Part shown: positions 17,764-27,878 of the stretch, piece by piece
How the letters are laid out: the number at the start of each line of letters is the position of its first letter
Numbering within the stretch: the first letter of the stretch is position 1
Assembly: GCA_027484055.1 (NCBI GenBank)
Contig: JAIXQH010000055.1
Span: 7,758-71,757, forward strand
DNA length: 64,000 bases
Source: Verrucomicrobiaceae bacterium
Lineage (GTDB): Bacteria; Verrucomicrobiota; Verrucomicrobiia; Verrucomicrobiales; Akkermansiaceae
Direction of reading: 5' to 3'
The notes under the pieces: model-generated
What the model saw: the letters and a program-made list of their open reading frames with translations, nothing else
What the model was told of the DNA's origin: nothing
Database searches by the model: none
Made by a program: the position numbers and the translations under genes

Positions 17764-18546
17764 TTAGCGATTGGTTGCATCATGACAGCCGAGCAACTGC
17801 GCGGCGATGCTGACGGCGATCTCTGCGGGATCGTTGCCGCCGATGGGGAGGCCGAGGGGGCAGATGATTTTTTCGAGTTCGTGGGGCTCGAAGCCCTTTT
17901 CTCGGAGTTCGCGGAGGAGAGTTGCTCGCTTGGCGGGGCTGCCGATCACACCCAGAAACGGCAGTGACGAGTGGTGGCGGAGGGCTTTTTCTAGGACGGG
18001 TAAATCGCTGGAATGTCCTTGGGTGATGCAGAGGACGTAGGTGCTGGGGGTGAGGAGCTTGACCCCGTCGGCAATCGATTCCACTTGGTGACAGGTGAGC
18101 TTGGGCGAGGGTGAAAATCGTTCTAGCCAGTCGGCGCGGGTGTCCACGACATCGATGCGGCATGAAAGCGTGGTAAGAACGGGCACCAAGGCTTGGGCGA
18201 CGTGGCCCGCGCCGAATAGGGCGATGTGCCAAGGTGCTTCAGCGGTGATTTTTTCAAACAAAAAGCTCATTTCCCCGCCGCAGGTCATGCCGACGTCGCG
18301 TTGGAGATTCCAGGTGACGGTGAGGCAAGGTGAGTCGCCGTGGAGGAAATCGTGGGCGAGCGCGAGGGCTTTCGCTTCGACTTTTCCGCCGCCGAGGTTG
18401 CCGGAGGCTCTGCCTTGTTGGGTGATGACGGCCTTGGCGCCGACTTGGCCAGGGACGCTGCCGCGCGCTGCGGTGAGGGTGACAACGACGAGGTCGAGGC
18501 CCTGACGGCGGAGCGAGACGATTTGTTCCCATGGGTCGATTAGCAT
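17764..18546 (-). CDS. XdhC/CoxI-family molybdoenzyme maturation protein
   Basis: N-terminal XdhC_CoxI-like region (VVVTLTAARGSVPG...) and a C-terminal Rossmann-like region (IALFGAGHVAQALV...GVIGS). Confidence 0.8.
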   Translation of the reverse strand: MLIDPWEQIVSLRRQGLDLVVVTLTAARGSVPGQVGAKAVITQQGRASGNLGGGKVEAKALALAHDFLHGDSPCLTVTWNLQRDVGMTCGGEMSFLFEKITAEAPWHIALFGAGHVAQALVPVLTTLSCRIDVVDTRADWLERFSPSPKLTCHQVESIADGVKLLTPSTYVLCITQGHSSDLPVLEKALRHHSSLPFLGVIGSPAKRATLLRELREKGFEPHELEKIICPLGLPIGGNDPAEIAVSIAAQLLGCHDATNR

Positions 18547-18585
18547 CCTTGAATTTAGTGAGGGTTTAGGGGTAACTCCGGCGTC

Positions 18586-19095
18586 ATGATTTCACTCGCT
18601 CAGCTCAATGCCGCTTCCGATGAGGCATTCGTAAGTCAACTTGGTGGCCTATACGAGCATTCTGAGTGGGTCGCACGAGCAATTCTTGGGCAGCGGCCAT
18701 TTTTAAGTCTGCAGGATTTACAACGTGCGCTTCACGATGAGGTGGAAAGGTCGAGCTTGGAGGCAAAACTGGTTTTGATCCGCGCGCACCCGGACCTCGC
18801 AGGGAAATTGGCCAGAGCGGGTAAATTGACCGAAGAATCGACCCGCGAGCAAGCCGGACTTGGGCTGGATCGCTTGAACGAGGAGGAATACCAGCAATTT
18901 TCCGCACGCAATGAACGCTACCGGGAAATCTTCGGATTTCCCTTCATCATTTGTGCGCGGATGACGACAAAACAGGGGGTGATGGCCGCATTTGACGCAC
19001 GTCTGGGAAATTCGGTCACGGCGGAGATCGCTGAGGCGTTGGTCCAGATTCACGACATCGCGCGGCTGAGGCTACTGGATGCGGTGAATGAATGA
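18586..19095 (+). CDS. uraD: OHCU decarboxylase (2-oxo-4-hydroxy-4-carboxy-5-ureidoimidazoline decarboxylase)
   Basis: RAHPDLAGK and FGFPFIICAR motifs, with the typical ~170-aa size. Confidence 0.8.
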   Translation: MISLAQLNAASDEAFVSQLGGLYEHSEWVARAILGQRPFLSLQDLQRALHDEVERSSLEAKLVLIRAHPDLAGKLARAGKLTEESTREQAGLGLDRLNEEEYQQFSARNERYREIFGFPFIICARMTTKQGVMAAFDARLGNSVTAEIAEALVQIHDIARLRLLDAVNE

Positions 19096-19210
19096 CGGCC
19101 ATCGCGCGAATCATGGGCGGATTGCAATTCTGTGCGACTCTCCCCTTGAAAAGCCACCCATCCCTGTTTATGCCTCGCGCGGGAGGCACTTCCTCCCGAA
19201 TTTTTAAGTC

Positions 19211-19891
19211 ATGAACGCTATCACCCGTTGTCTCGCTACTTACTGGTCTTCCTCCATCGGGAAAAAACTCATCGTCGCATTGACCGGCCTCGTTCTCGTC
19301 GGATTCCTCGCTGGGCACCTTTCAGGAAATTTACTGATGTATGTCGGGCGTGAAGCGTTCAATGAATACGCCCATTTCCTCCACACCATGCTCCACGGCG
19401 CAGGGGTCTGGATCGCACGAGTGGTCTTATTGGCGATGCTCGTGCTCCATGTGGCGGCGACGATTTCCCTGACTCGCCAGAACCGCGCAGCACGCCAGCC
19501 CTACGAGTTCAAGAACACGCTGCAAGCGTCCAAGTCCTCCCGGATCATGATAGTCTCCGGGCTGACAATTCTCGCCTTCGTGGTCTTTCACATCCTTCAT
19601 TACACAGTCCGGGTCGATGCAGACCTCGCGAAACTCGGTGCTACCGATCCCTACGGCATGGTGATTGTCGGGTTCAAGAGTCCGTTGGTTGTAATGTTCT
19701 ACATCATTTCGATGAGCCTGCTTTGCTCGCATCTCACGCACGGCGTCGCCTCGATTTTCCAAACTCTGGGTGTGCGCTCTAAGAAAGCCCAAAGTAGTAT
19801 CAAGCTATTCTCGCAAGCTTACAGCTTCGCCATCTGGGCAGGCTTCATCTCCATCCCGATCTCTGTGCTCGCCGGTCTCCTTAAGTTCTAA
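19211..19891 (+). CDS. sdhC: Succinate dehydrogenase/fumarate reductase cytochrome b subunit (b558 type)
   Basis: 226 aa, five predicted TM helices, conserved His residues, immediately upstream of sdhA. Confidence 0.85.
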   Translation: MNAITRCLATYWSSSIGKKLIVALTGLVLVGFLAGHLSGNLLMYVGREAFNEYAHFLHTMLHGAGVWIARVVLLAMLVLHVAATISLTRQNRAARQPYEFKNTLQASKSSRIMIVSGLTILAFVVFHILHYTVRVDADLAKLGATDPYGMVIVGFKSPLVVMFYIISMSLLCSHLTHGVASIFQTLGVRSKKAQSSIKLFSQAYSFAIWAGFISIPISVLAGLLKF

Positions 19892-19903
19892 CCCCTTTCT
19901 ACC

Positions 19904-21880
19904 ATGTCCATCGTCCTCGATAGCAAAATCCCCACCGGTCCGCTTGCCCAAAAATGGTCCAAGCACAAGATGGACTCCAAGCTCATCAACCCGGCTAACA
20001 AACGGAAATTCTCCGTCATCGTTGTCGGCACCGGACTCGCCGGTGGAGCTGCAGCCGCCTCCTTGGCCGAGCTTGGCTACCAGGTGAAATCCTTTTGCTA
20101 CCAGGACAGCCCACGCCGCGCCCACTCGATCGCCGCGCAGGGTGGCATCAACGCTTCAAAAAACTACCAGAACGACGGTGACTCCATTCGCCGCCTCTTC
20201 TACGACACGATCAAAGGCGGCGATTTCCGCTCGCGGGAGGCAAATGTCTATCGGCTCGCTGAGGTTTCCGGCTCGATCATCGACCAATGCGTCGCTCAAG
20301 GAGTCCCCTTCGCCCGCGAATACGGCGGTTTGCTCGACAACCGCTCGTTCGGCGGCTCGCAGGTGTCCCGCACCTTTTACGCTCGCGGCCAGACCGGTCA
20401 GCAGTTGCTCATCGGCTGCTACCAGGCGCTAGAAAAAGAAATCCACAAGGGCGGCGTCAAAATGTATCCACGCACCGAGATGCTCGACCTCGTGCTAGTG
20501 GACGGCCACGCCAAGGGCATCGTCGTTCGCGACCTGAATACAGGCAAAATCTCCACCCACGCCGCCGACGCCGTCATTCTCGCGACGGGTGGCTACGGAA
20601 ATGTCTTTTTCCTCTCAACCAATGCCATGGGCTGCAACGTGACCGCCGCATGGCGCGCGGCGCGCCGGGGAGCCTTGTTCGCCAATCCTTGCTACACGCA
20701 GATCCACCCGACCTGCATTCCAGTCAGTGGTGAGTATCAATCCAAGCTCACGCTGATGTCTGAGTCGCTCCGCAACGACGGTCGGATCTGGGCGCCTACC
20801 ACCCCGGAACTGGCTCAGAAACTCCGGGCAAAAACGATTTCCGCCGCCGATGTTCCCGAGGACCAGCGCGACTATTTCCTCGAGCGGAAATACCCTTCAT
20901 TCGGGAACCTCGCCCCGCGCGACATCTCGTCCCGAGCTGCCAAAGAAGTCTGCGACGAGGGTCGCGGCATCGCGCCGACGGGCCTCGGCGTCTATCTGGA
21001 CTTCCGCGACGCCACCAAGCGCCTCGGCGAAGATGTCATCCGCGCCCGCTATGGAAACCTTTTCTCGATGTATGAGAAAATAGCCGGTGAAGATCCTTAC
21101 AAGTTACCGATGATGATTTATCCAGCCGTCCACTACACCATGGGCGGACTCTGGGTGGATTATAACTTGATGTCGAACGTGCCCGGCCTCCACGTGCTAG
21201 GCGAAGCGAATTTTTCCGACCACGGCGCGAATCGCTTGGGTGCTTCCGCCCTTATGCAAGGACTTGCAGATGGGTATTTCGTGATTCCCACGACCATCGC
21301 CAACTACCTCGTCACCCAGAAGCCCGGTAGCATCAGCACCGAGATGCCTGAGTTCAAACAGACTGAACTTGAAACGCGTGAGCGCATCAACACGATGCTT
21401 GCCATCCAAGGCAAGCGCACGGTGGACTCGTTCCACCGCGAACTTGGCAACATCATCTGGGATCAATGCGGCATGGCCCGGTCCAAAGAAGGTCTGACTC
21501 TAGCGCTCGAGAAAATCCCGGCTCTCCGCGAAGAGTTCTGGTCGAATGTCCGCATCCCCGGCTCTGGGGAAAATGCGAATATGGAGTTGGAAAAAGCCGG
21601 CCGCGTCGCCGATTTCATCGAGTTCGGCGAGGTCATGTGCTACGACGCGCTCACCCGCGAAGAATCCTGCGGCGGCCATTTCCGCACCGAGCACCAGTTT
21701 TTCGAAACCAGCCCGGAAGTCATCGCTGGCAGCACCCAAGCTGGTGAGGCCAAGCGCGACGACGAGAACTTCGCCTACGTCGCCGCTTGGGAATACAAGG
21801 GTCCCGGCACGCCACCGATTCTCCACAAGGAGCCGCTGGTTTACGAAGAAACGCACGTCTCAATCCGCAGCTACGCGTAA
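19904..21880 (+). CDS. sdhA: Succinate dehydrogenase/fumarate reductase flavoprotein subunit
   Basis: [15 protein letters not shown] motif, [13 protein letters not shown] (His for covalent FAD), HYTMGG, and the C-terminal ...SIRSYA. Confidence 0.95.
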   Translation: MSIVLDSKIPTGPLAQKWSKHKMDSKLINPANKRKFSVIVVGTGLAGGAAAASLAELGYQVKSFCYQDSPRRAHSIAAQGGINASKNYQNDGDSIRRLFYDTIKGGDFRSREANVYRLAEVSGSIIDQCVAQGVPFAREYGGLLDNRSFGGSQVSRTFYARGQTGQQLLIGCYQALEKEIHKGGVKMYPRTEMLDLVLVDGHAKGIVVRDLNTGKISTHAADAVILATGGYGNVFFLSTNAMGCNVTAAWRAARRGALFANPCYTQIHPTCIPVSGEYQSKLTLMSESLRNDGRIWAPTTPELAQKLRAKTISAADVPEDQRDYFLERKYPSFGNLAPRDISSRAAKEVCDEGRGIAPTGLGVYLDFRDATKRLGEDVIRARYGNLFSMYEKIAGEDPYKLPMMIYPAVHYTMGGLWVDYNLMSNVPGLHVLGEANFSDHGANRLGASALMQGLADGYFVIPTTIANYLVTQKPGSISTEMPEFKQTELETRERINTMLAIQGKRTVDSFHRELGNIIWDQCGMARSKEGLTLALEKIPALREEFWSNVRIPGSGENANMELEKAGRVADFIEFGEVMCYDALTREESCGGHFRTEHQFFETSPEVIAGSTQAGEAKRDDENFAYVAAWEYKGPGTPPILHKEPLVYEETHVSIRSYA

Positions 21881-21882
21881 AC

Positions 21883-24800
21883 TCAGGGTGCCGCTGGATT
21901 GGAAACCCCAATCCGGTAAAACCCACCTAAAGGCTCACCTGGCTGAGGAAAGCTGACCTTACGATCACTCGTTAGGACTTCACTTTCTGCGATATCAGCC
22001 CAGCTCTTCAAGTCACGGCTCCCTTGCAGGTGATAACGTCGACCTTGTTTACCTTCCGTTTCGACTTGGATCATGCCGCCAGGGGCAAGAATGCCACTCG
22101 ATTTGAATCGGTCACTCGCGTTCTTGGGATCTGTGCCAGCGATGTATTCCATGAGGTTCACCTCGCCATCCAAATCGGTATCCATGCTAGGATTTGCCGC
22201 GCTGTCAGTTCCGTAGAAAGTTGTTTCCCATTCGTTGGGTAAACGGTCGGCGTCCACATCTCTCGGGATTCCTGGGTAGCCGATTCGGCGATTGGCCACG
22301 GTGAATTCATCAAAAGTCGCATAATCATTTTTCGAGGCCTGCCAGATATCACTGCTGCTCCCGCCGAAGAAGGTGCTGAAAAAGACCCATGCGATCTTGG
22401 CAGATGCAGTCGGTGCATCGCGAAAGTAAAACGCGGGGTAATGCGCCGCCTTGACCCCGTCGAACCACCCCTCCATGAGTCCATCGAACTGACCAGGTGT
22501 GTTCAAACGAATGTGCGTCTCAATGTGGTGCCACCGCCCCGGGATGAATACCGCCTGGAAGCCCTCCGTATTCCACCAGAAGCGAGTTCCCGGATTGTAT
22601 AAATTATTCGCCGGCGTGTGAATATAGAACTCCGCCTTGCCATTTTCCCGCCACATCAGACGCCCCGACCATTCGTGGGTGCGATCTTGAAACGAGACGG
22701 CCCCACCCAAGCCCGGTAGCTTGCCGCCGAGCACAAAGTCGAAGTCCTCATCGAAGCGTAACCAATAGCTCAAATAAAGTTCTTCTGAACTGCCATTGAG
22801 ATCCATAAACCACTGCGCACCGCTGTTTGCGGATTGTTTCCCGCCCTTCGGATAGAGCACGCGCACCGACCTACCAGATCCACCGTACGCGACTTCGTCA
22901 TTCACCGCGAGGCGGCCATCGTCCGGACCATTGGCCCAGATGGTCCCTGGCCACAAGGCGAGCCACTGCCGGTCCGTTTTGGGGCCTACCGGAAAATCAT
23001 CCAGCGTGGAGTGCAACAGGGTCTGAGGAGTCGGTGGATCGACCGTCTCATCTAAGGTATAACCGCCGTATTCGCGGTAAAGACGCGCCACCGCTCCGGT
23101 GAAGCCTGCATTGTAATCCATGGCCACTTCATTTTTTTGATAGTCCGTCCGACTGTCGGTGTAGCCATCCGTGATGTCTGGCCCTCCGACGAGAGCGCCG
23201 AATAACACATGCCGGTTCGACAAGGGCGAGTTGATGTCATTCGAAGTAGAAGCATGTGCATTCCGGTGATGCGGGTTCTGCGGCGGATGCGTGCCAAAGC
23301 CACACACGTAGCTATTTCCAGTAGGATTTGAACCCAGCGCATACTCGATCTGGCGGCGCGCAAATGCCGTGTATCGCCCAGCCGGGTTAGCGACCCGGTC
23401 GCCATAGACAAAGGCACAGAAGGCCGTGTTCGCCGCATAGCGCAGTGAGCCCCATGGGTCACGCCACGCGAGGCCTCCAGGAGTCATCGGCACGCGCTGG
23501 TTGTTCACACCCACGGTCCAGTAGTCGAGCCACCGCTCGGCATCCGCCCGATAGACCGCGCCGCCATCCAGCATCGCCATCAAAATGTAACAACCGTAAC
23601 TCGTATCATCCCAAGACAGAGTGAACTGATACGGATGATTTCCCGCACCACCTCCCGAGAGACCATTGTAGAGGACTTTAGCCTTCGCCAAATAGGCCGC
23701 TTCACCAGTCGCTCGATAGAGCCAAATCGCACCCCAAGTGAGCTCATCTTGGAAACCACTCCATGAGCGATAGAACTTCGCTGCGTCCGGGATCGAATCA
23801 CTGTATTTTCCTCGATACGTATCTGCAAAAGTGAAGAGCGCTCTTGCATGCTCCAGCAGAGTCGCCGCATAGGCAGGATCTGTGACTTTAAAAAGCATGG
23901 ATGTCGCGGCCATCGATGCTGCAGTCTCCGCCGCTAGATCACTGCCTGGGCGCAGCGCATCGATTTTATACGAAGGGCGGTTCATCACCATCGACTCCGC
24001 TCTGCCCCAGTAGGCGTGATCGACATCGCCTTCACCGACTTGCCCATAAAAGGCGGCCGTCGAACCATCAGGATTTCGCTCATGGCATTTCATCAAGTAG
24101 TCCGCCCCCCACTTGAGCGTGTCGCGCAGTGGGGCAAGTTGCTGGGCCTCTTCATAAGCGTCTCCATACTCCACGCCGCCCCAGGCGAGCACCGTGAGAC
24201 TGTAGGCAAGGGGCAGCCCAAATTTCACGTGATCCCCTGCATCATAAAATCCACCACTGAGATCGCGGCCTACGTCGCTGCCGTCTTGAAGCGCAGAATC
24301 GGCCCGCCACCGGACGCGGAAATCGTCGGGCAATTTTCCGGAACGCTGCACATCGTAGAACCACAATGATTTTTGAAGAACCTCGGCGAAATTATAGGTT
24401 CCGGTTTGTGGGCGACCACCCGAGCCGCCGCCGTCATTGTCATAAATGGTCCCGAGCGCCAAAGGAGTCCGCAGAATCGCGCCCTCCGGCTGACTCAGTT
24501 GCAGGGAAAACACTTCCGGCGACTCCTGAATGCTATCCCCCGTCACCGGAATCGACAGCTGCTGAAGCGTCTGCCCAGGGCTGAACTCCAAGCTTCCGCT
24601 CACCGCAGTGAAATCGGTGCCAATGACGGCTGAGCCTGCAAGGGTCTGGTAGTTGATACGAGTCGTCGTGCTGGCCGCAGGCGTGAGCGTCACGGTGAAA
24701 ACCATGTTTACCAGTGATCCCTCATTCCCCTCGACGACTGAGGAATTGGAAATCCCGAATCCTGGCGTGAAATCGTCATTCACCAACAAAATCCTGGCCG

Positions 24801-25494
24801 CGCTGCGAAGAATCGGCGCACCCACGGGATTGGAAAGGCTGATGGTGAAAGACTCGTCTGGCTCTTCGAGCAAGTCCCCTTTGACCGGCACGAGTATCGA
24901 CTTGCTCAGCTCACCCGGCGCGAAGCTCAACACGCCTGCTGACGTTACATAATCCTCACCGCCCAGCGCCGTATCGTTGACGGTCATCCAATCGACCGTC
25001 ACCACCGTGCTCGCCGTATTGGCCAAAGTGACCACAAATTCACGGATCGTCTCCGCATTTCCCTCATCCAGCGTCACATCTGCGATTGAAAACGAAGGTA
25101 AATTTCCCGCAGGCACCAAGCCCTTAAACGTGAAATTCGTCGCGGCTACCGTGAATGCGCCGATCGCATTAAACCCAAAGGACCGCGATGCGCCCGGGTT
25201 GATGTTCGCATTGGTTGTGAGATTGCTAAACTCCTTCCGAGTCGCCGTAGAGGCACCTTCCACGGCGTTCCATATTTTTGAAAATCCTGAAACAGGAAGA
25301 TCGAACGCCACACTCCAACCACTGATGATGGAAGTGCTGTTGTTGGTGATCGTAATGTCTGCCGAGTAGCCAGACGCCCACGAAGAGGACCGACTGAAGC
25401 TGATGCTGACCGGCGCTGTCTGCGCGACCAATGCCTGCCCTCCGAAAATCCAAAGACTCACTAGAAATGCTAACTCTTTGAATTTAAACAACAT
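21883..25494 (-). CDS. Secreted multidomain glycoside hydrolase: CBM2-like + 2x Calx-beta + GH9 + polysaccharide-lyase-like + TSP3-like C-terminal module
   Basis: Signal peptide; CBM2-like SWASGYSADITITNN..ISGWSV; two Calx-beta-like repeats (..DTALGGEDY.., ..IGTDF..). GH9 blocks are YNFAEVLQKSLWFYDVQRSG, DAGDHVKFGLP, HHRNAH and GALVGGPD. A GGKLPGLGG...GRLMWRENG region resembles Polysacc_lyase/PL14-like domains. The tail is DTDLDGEVNLMEYIAGTDP. Confidence 0.9.
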   Translation of the reverse strand: MLFKFKELAFLVSLWIFGGQALVAQTAPVSISFSRSSSWASGYSADITITNNSTSIISGWSVAFDLPVSGFSKIWNAVEGASTATRKEFSNLTTNANINPGASRSFGFNAIGAFTVAATNFTFKGLVPAGNLPSFSIADVTLDEGNAETIREFVVTLANTASTVVTVDWMTVNDTALGGEDYVTSAGVLSFAPGELSKSILVPVKGDLLEEPDESFTISLSNPVGAPILRSAARILLVNDDFTPGFGISNSSVVEGNEGSLVNMVFTVTLTPAASTTTRINYQTLAGSAVIGTDFTAVSGSLEFSPGQTLQQLSIPVTGDSIQESPEVFSLQLSQPEGAILRTPLALGTIYDNDGGGSGGRPQTGTYNFAEVLQKSLWFYDVQRSGKLPDDFRVRWRADSALQDGSDVGRDLSGGFYDAGDHVKFGLPLAYSLTVLAWGGVEYGDAYEEAQQLAPLRDTLKWGADYLMKCHERNPDGSTAAFYGQVGEGDVDHAYWGRAESMVMNRPSYKIDALRPGSDLAAETAASMAATSMLFKVTDPAYAATLLEHARALFTFADTYRGKYSDSIPDAAKFYRSWSGFQDELTWGAIWLYRATGEAAYLAKAKVLYNGLSGGGAGNHPYQFTLSWDDTSYGCYILMAMLDGGAVYRADAERWLDYWTVGVNNQRVPMTPGGLAWRDPWGSLRYAANTAFCAFVYGDRVANPAGRYTAFARRQIEYALGSNPTGNSYVCGFGTHPPQNPHHRNAHASTSNDINSPLSNRHVLFGALVGGPDITDGYTDSRTDYQKNEVAMDYNAGFTGAVARLYREYGGYTLDETVDPPTPQTLLHSTLDDFPVGPKTDRQWLALWPGTIWANGPDDGRLAVNDEVAYGGSGRSVRVLYPKGGKQSANSGAQWFMDLNGSSEELYLSYWLRFDEDFDFVLGGKLPGLGGAVSFQDRTHEWSGRLMWRENGKAEFYIHTPANNLYNPGTRFWWNTEGFQAVFIPGRWHHIETHIRLNTPGQFDGLMEGWFDGVKAAHYPAFYFRDAPTASAKIAWVFFSTFFGGSSSDIWQASKNDYATFDEFTVANRRIGYPGIPRDVDADRLPNEWETTFYGTDSAANPSMDTDLDGEVNLMEYIAGTDPKNASDRFKSSGILAPGGMIQVETEGKQGRRYHLQGSRDLKSWADIAESEVLTSDRKVSFPQPGEPLGGFYRIGVSNPAAP

Positions 25495-25893
25495 AATAAT
25501 AATTTAATGGCTGAAATACGCCCCCCTCTCACGTGACGACAGCAATAGCTCTAAGTTTAAAACTCGCTAGCTAAATATCCGCAAAAAGAACGCCAATCGC
25601 TGCTCCATAAAAAAAGGCCCCTTGCAGAACGCAAAAATTGGCTTTCTTGGCCGATAGTCGAGTTTTTAGGGACATAAAAAAACTGCAAAATTTGCGGTTT
25701 GTTGCCGATTCGGGCGAAGTGGCTTTTAAAAATCGAAACTTTTCTACGACATTCACAGTTTCTTGCTGGTTTTCCTCAAATCCGTCATACAGTCTGTCAA
25801 CAAGTTGTGTCTTGAAGATTGGTCTTCAATCCACACCTTTTTCAAACAAGCGGAACTGGCCTGTGAGGGTCGATTCTGACAACACTCCTCCTT

Positions 25894-26754
25894 ATGTCAT
25901 ACGAATCTGATAGCAGCCTGAAGCTGTACATGCGGGAAATTGCTAAAACGCCACTCCTCACCGTCGCCGAGGAAAATGACTTGGCCGAGCGGATCAGAGC
26001 CGGTGACGACAAAGCCCGCACTCAGATGATCAAAGCGAATCTTCGCTTGGTCGTGAAAATCGCCCACGACTACTCAGGCTACGGACTCTCTCTCAGCGAC
26101 TTAATCTCAGAAGGAAACATCGGCCTGATGAATGCCGTCGAGCGCTTCGATCCCGAAAAGGGCGGCAAGCTTTCAACCTACGGTGCCTGGTGGATCAAGC
26201 AATCGATCAAGCGCGCCCTCGCCAATCAATCGAAGACCATCCGCCTGCCCATCCACATGGTAGACAAAATCGCCCGGATGCGCCGCATCGCCTCCAGCTT
26301 GGCTGAAGACCTTGGCCGCGAGCCGACGGATGACGAACTCGCCACTGAGCTGGGCCTTCCTCGCCAAAAGATCGCCATGCTTAAGCAAGCCGCGCAGCGC
26401 CCCGCTTCACTCGATGCTCCCATCAACGAAGGCGAGGCCACCGAGTATGGCGAAATCGTCAGCGACGAATCCGCCTCCGATCCCTTGGAAATGCTCAGCG
26501 ACAAGAACATGCAGGCTGAAATCAGCGGGCTGCTTTCCATCCTCAACGAGCGTGAACGCCGCATCATCGACGAACGCTTCGGCCTCAGTGGACTCAAGCC
26601 AATGCTGCTCGAAGACGTCGGCCGCGAATTCGGGGTCTCCCGCGAGCGCATCCGCCAGCTTCAAAACTCCGCCCTTGCGAAAATGCGCAAGGCACTGCTC
26701 AAAAAGGAACGCCCCACGCCCAAACCCTACGGCCCCGGCATGGCAGAAGCCTGA
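25894..26754 (+). CDS. RNA polymerase sigma factor, sigma-70 family (RpoD/RpoS-like, lacks long region 1)
   Basis: Regions 2-4 are clear: ANLRLVVKIAHDY, EGNIGLMNAVERFDPEKG.KLSTYGAWWIKQSI, and REFGVSRERIRQLQNSAL. Confidence 0.9.
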   Translation: MSYESDSSLKLYMREIAKTPLLTVAEENDLAERIRAGDDKARTQMIKANLRLVVKIAHDYSGYGLSLSDLISEGNIGLMNAVERFDPEKGGKLSTYGAWWIKQSIKRALANQSKTIRLPIHMVDKIARMRRIASSLAEDLGREPTDDELATELGLPRQKIAMLKQAAQRPASLDAPINEGEATEYGEIVSDESASDPLEMLSDKNMQAEISGLLSILNERERRIIDERFGLSGLKPMLLEDVGREFGVSRERIRQLQNSALAKMRKALLKKERPTPKPYGPGMAEA

Positions 26755-26919
26755 TCTCACATAGCAGCGTCAAAGAGCTTTTCATCCCACCGGCGGAAGC
26801 GGGTGATGATAACAGGGCTGCTAATAAGGGCTGCTGTGTCTTGCGTTGTTGAAAATCACCAAATCAAAACGCACCACGAGGCTCACCCGGGCCCCTAGCA
26901 CACGACGAAAGCTGCCCAA

Positions 26920-27462
26920 CTACTTTACGTAGGTGAATTCGGTGCTTCCACCTCCAACATCGTAAAGGCGCCGGACGTTGAGTGGTGTTGCTTTCTTGCT
27001 GTAAGTGAGCGTTTGAAGTTTCTTGTCGCGCCAGAACGAAATGTGGATTCCTTCGGCAAATGCAACATCTGCTGCGGTGGCCGGTAGGTTAAGCAACAAC
27101 TCCTGCGCGATGACAGTCTGTTCGTGACTCATCTCACGGTTCCGCGAGTTCTGATGCGCATGGTTAAAAACGTCGCGCTCGGTGTAAACCGTCGCCTCGC
27201 GGAGATCAATTGTCATGATCATCCCGATACCGATGCTATCACGCAAGAACCAGAGGCAGCGAATCTCTGCTTCGGGGCAGTCCGCAAGATACTTCTTGAA
27301 GTAATCGAGGTAGGGCTTGGCTTGCTCGGCGCTGATTTCATTTGCAGGCGCTATACCGTGACCGGGATCAGCGCTTGCTGCCGTCAGGACGGACAACGCC
27401 AAGATCATGAATATCAGCCGGAGAGTAGTCATAAGAATTTTTTTCCGAACGTTAGAGCGCAT
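26920..27462 (-). CDS. Hypothetical secreted protein (AT-rich orphan)
   Basis: Signal peptide LIFMILALSVLTAASA. It lies 29 nt downstream of the 27492-27878 ORF on the same strand. No family recognised. Confidence 0.55.
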   Translation of the reverse strand: MRSNVRKKILMTTLRLIFMILALSVLTAASADPGHGIAPANEISAEQAKPYLDYFKKYLADCPEAEIRCLWFLRDSIGIGMIMTIDLREATVYTERDVFNHAHQNSRNREMSHEQTVIAQELLLNLPATAADVAFAEGIHISFWRDKKLQTLTYSKKATPLNVRRLYDVGGGSTEFTYVK

Positions 27463-27491
27463 GAACGGAGGTTGAAATGAAACAGAGGGGC

Positions 27492-27878
27492 TTATCCCGG
27501 TCGTTGTGCCGCGCCTTGTTCGGCATTCTTCCTTTTTGCTTCTTGCCTGTTAATCTCGACGGTTGCGGCCTCAGTGATAGACATAACGTCTCTAAGCTTG
27601 CTGGTTACGTCTTGCGGGCTGGATATGCTCCCGTCGATGACGCTAATCAACTTCATGGAATGCATGAGATATACCGAAAGGGGGAACACCTCTCCGCCTC
27701 TATTGGTTGCTCCGGCGACGTGGGCCTCCCACTCCTTGATTGCGATCTGAACGGAAAGCTCACGAACTTGCCTGCGCTCGTCAGATCGTCTTTGGAGCAA
27801 AATGGCGATGAAACCAAAAAGCCCAGTAACGCCCGATCCGACAGCGGCACCGATAACAGCAGCGAGGGAAGCGTCCAT
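27492..27878 (-). CDS. Hypothetical single-TM (glycine-zipper-like) protein
   Basis: MDASLAAVIGAAVGSGVTGLFGFIAILL followed by a charged helical region. It is co-oriented with 26920-27462 and preferred over the overlapping plus-strand ORF 27477-27986. Confidence 0.5.
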   Translation of the reverse strand: MDASLAAVIGAAVGSGVTGLFGFIAILLQRRSDERRQVRELSVQIAIKEWEAHVAGATNRGGEVFPLSVYLMHSMKLISVIDGSISSPQDVTSKLRDVMSITEAATVEINRQEAKRKNAEQGAAQRPG

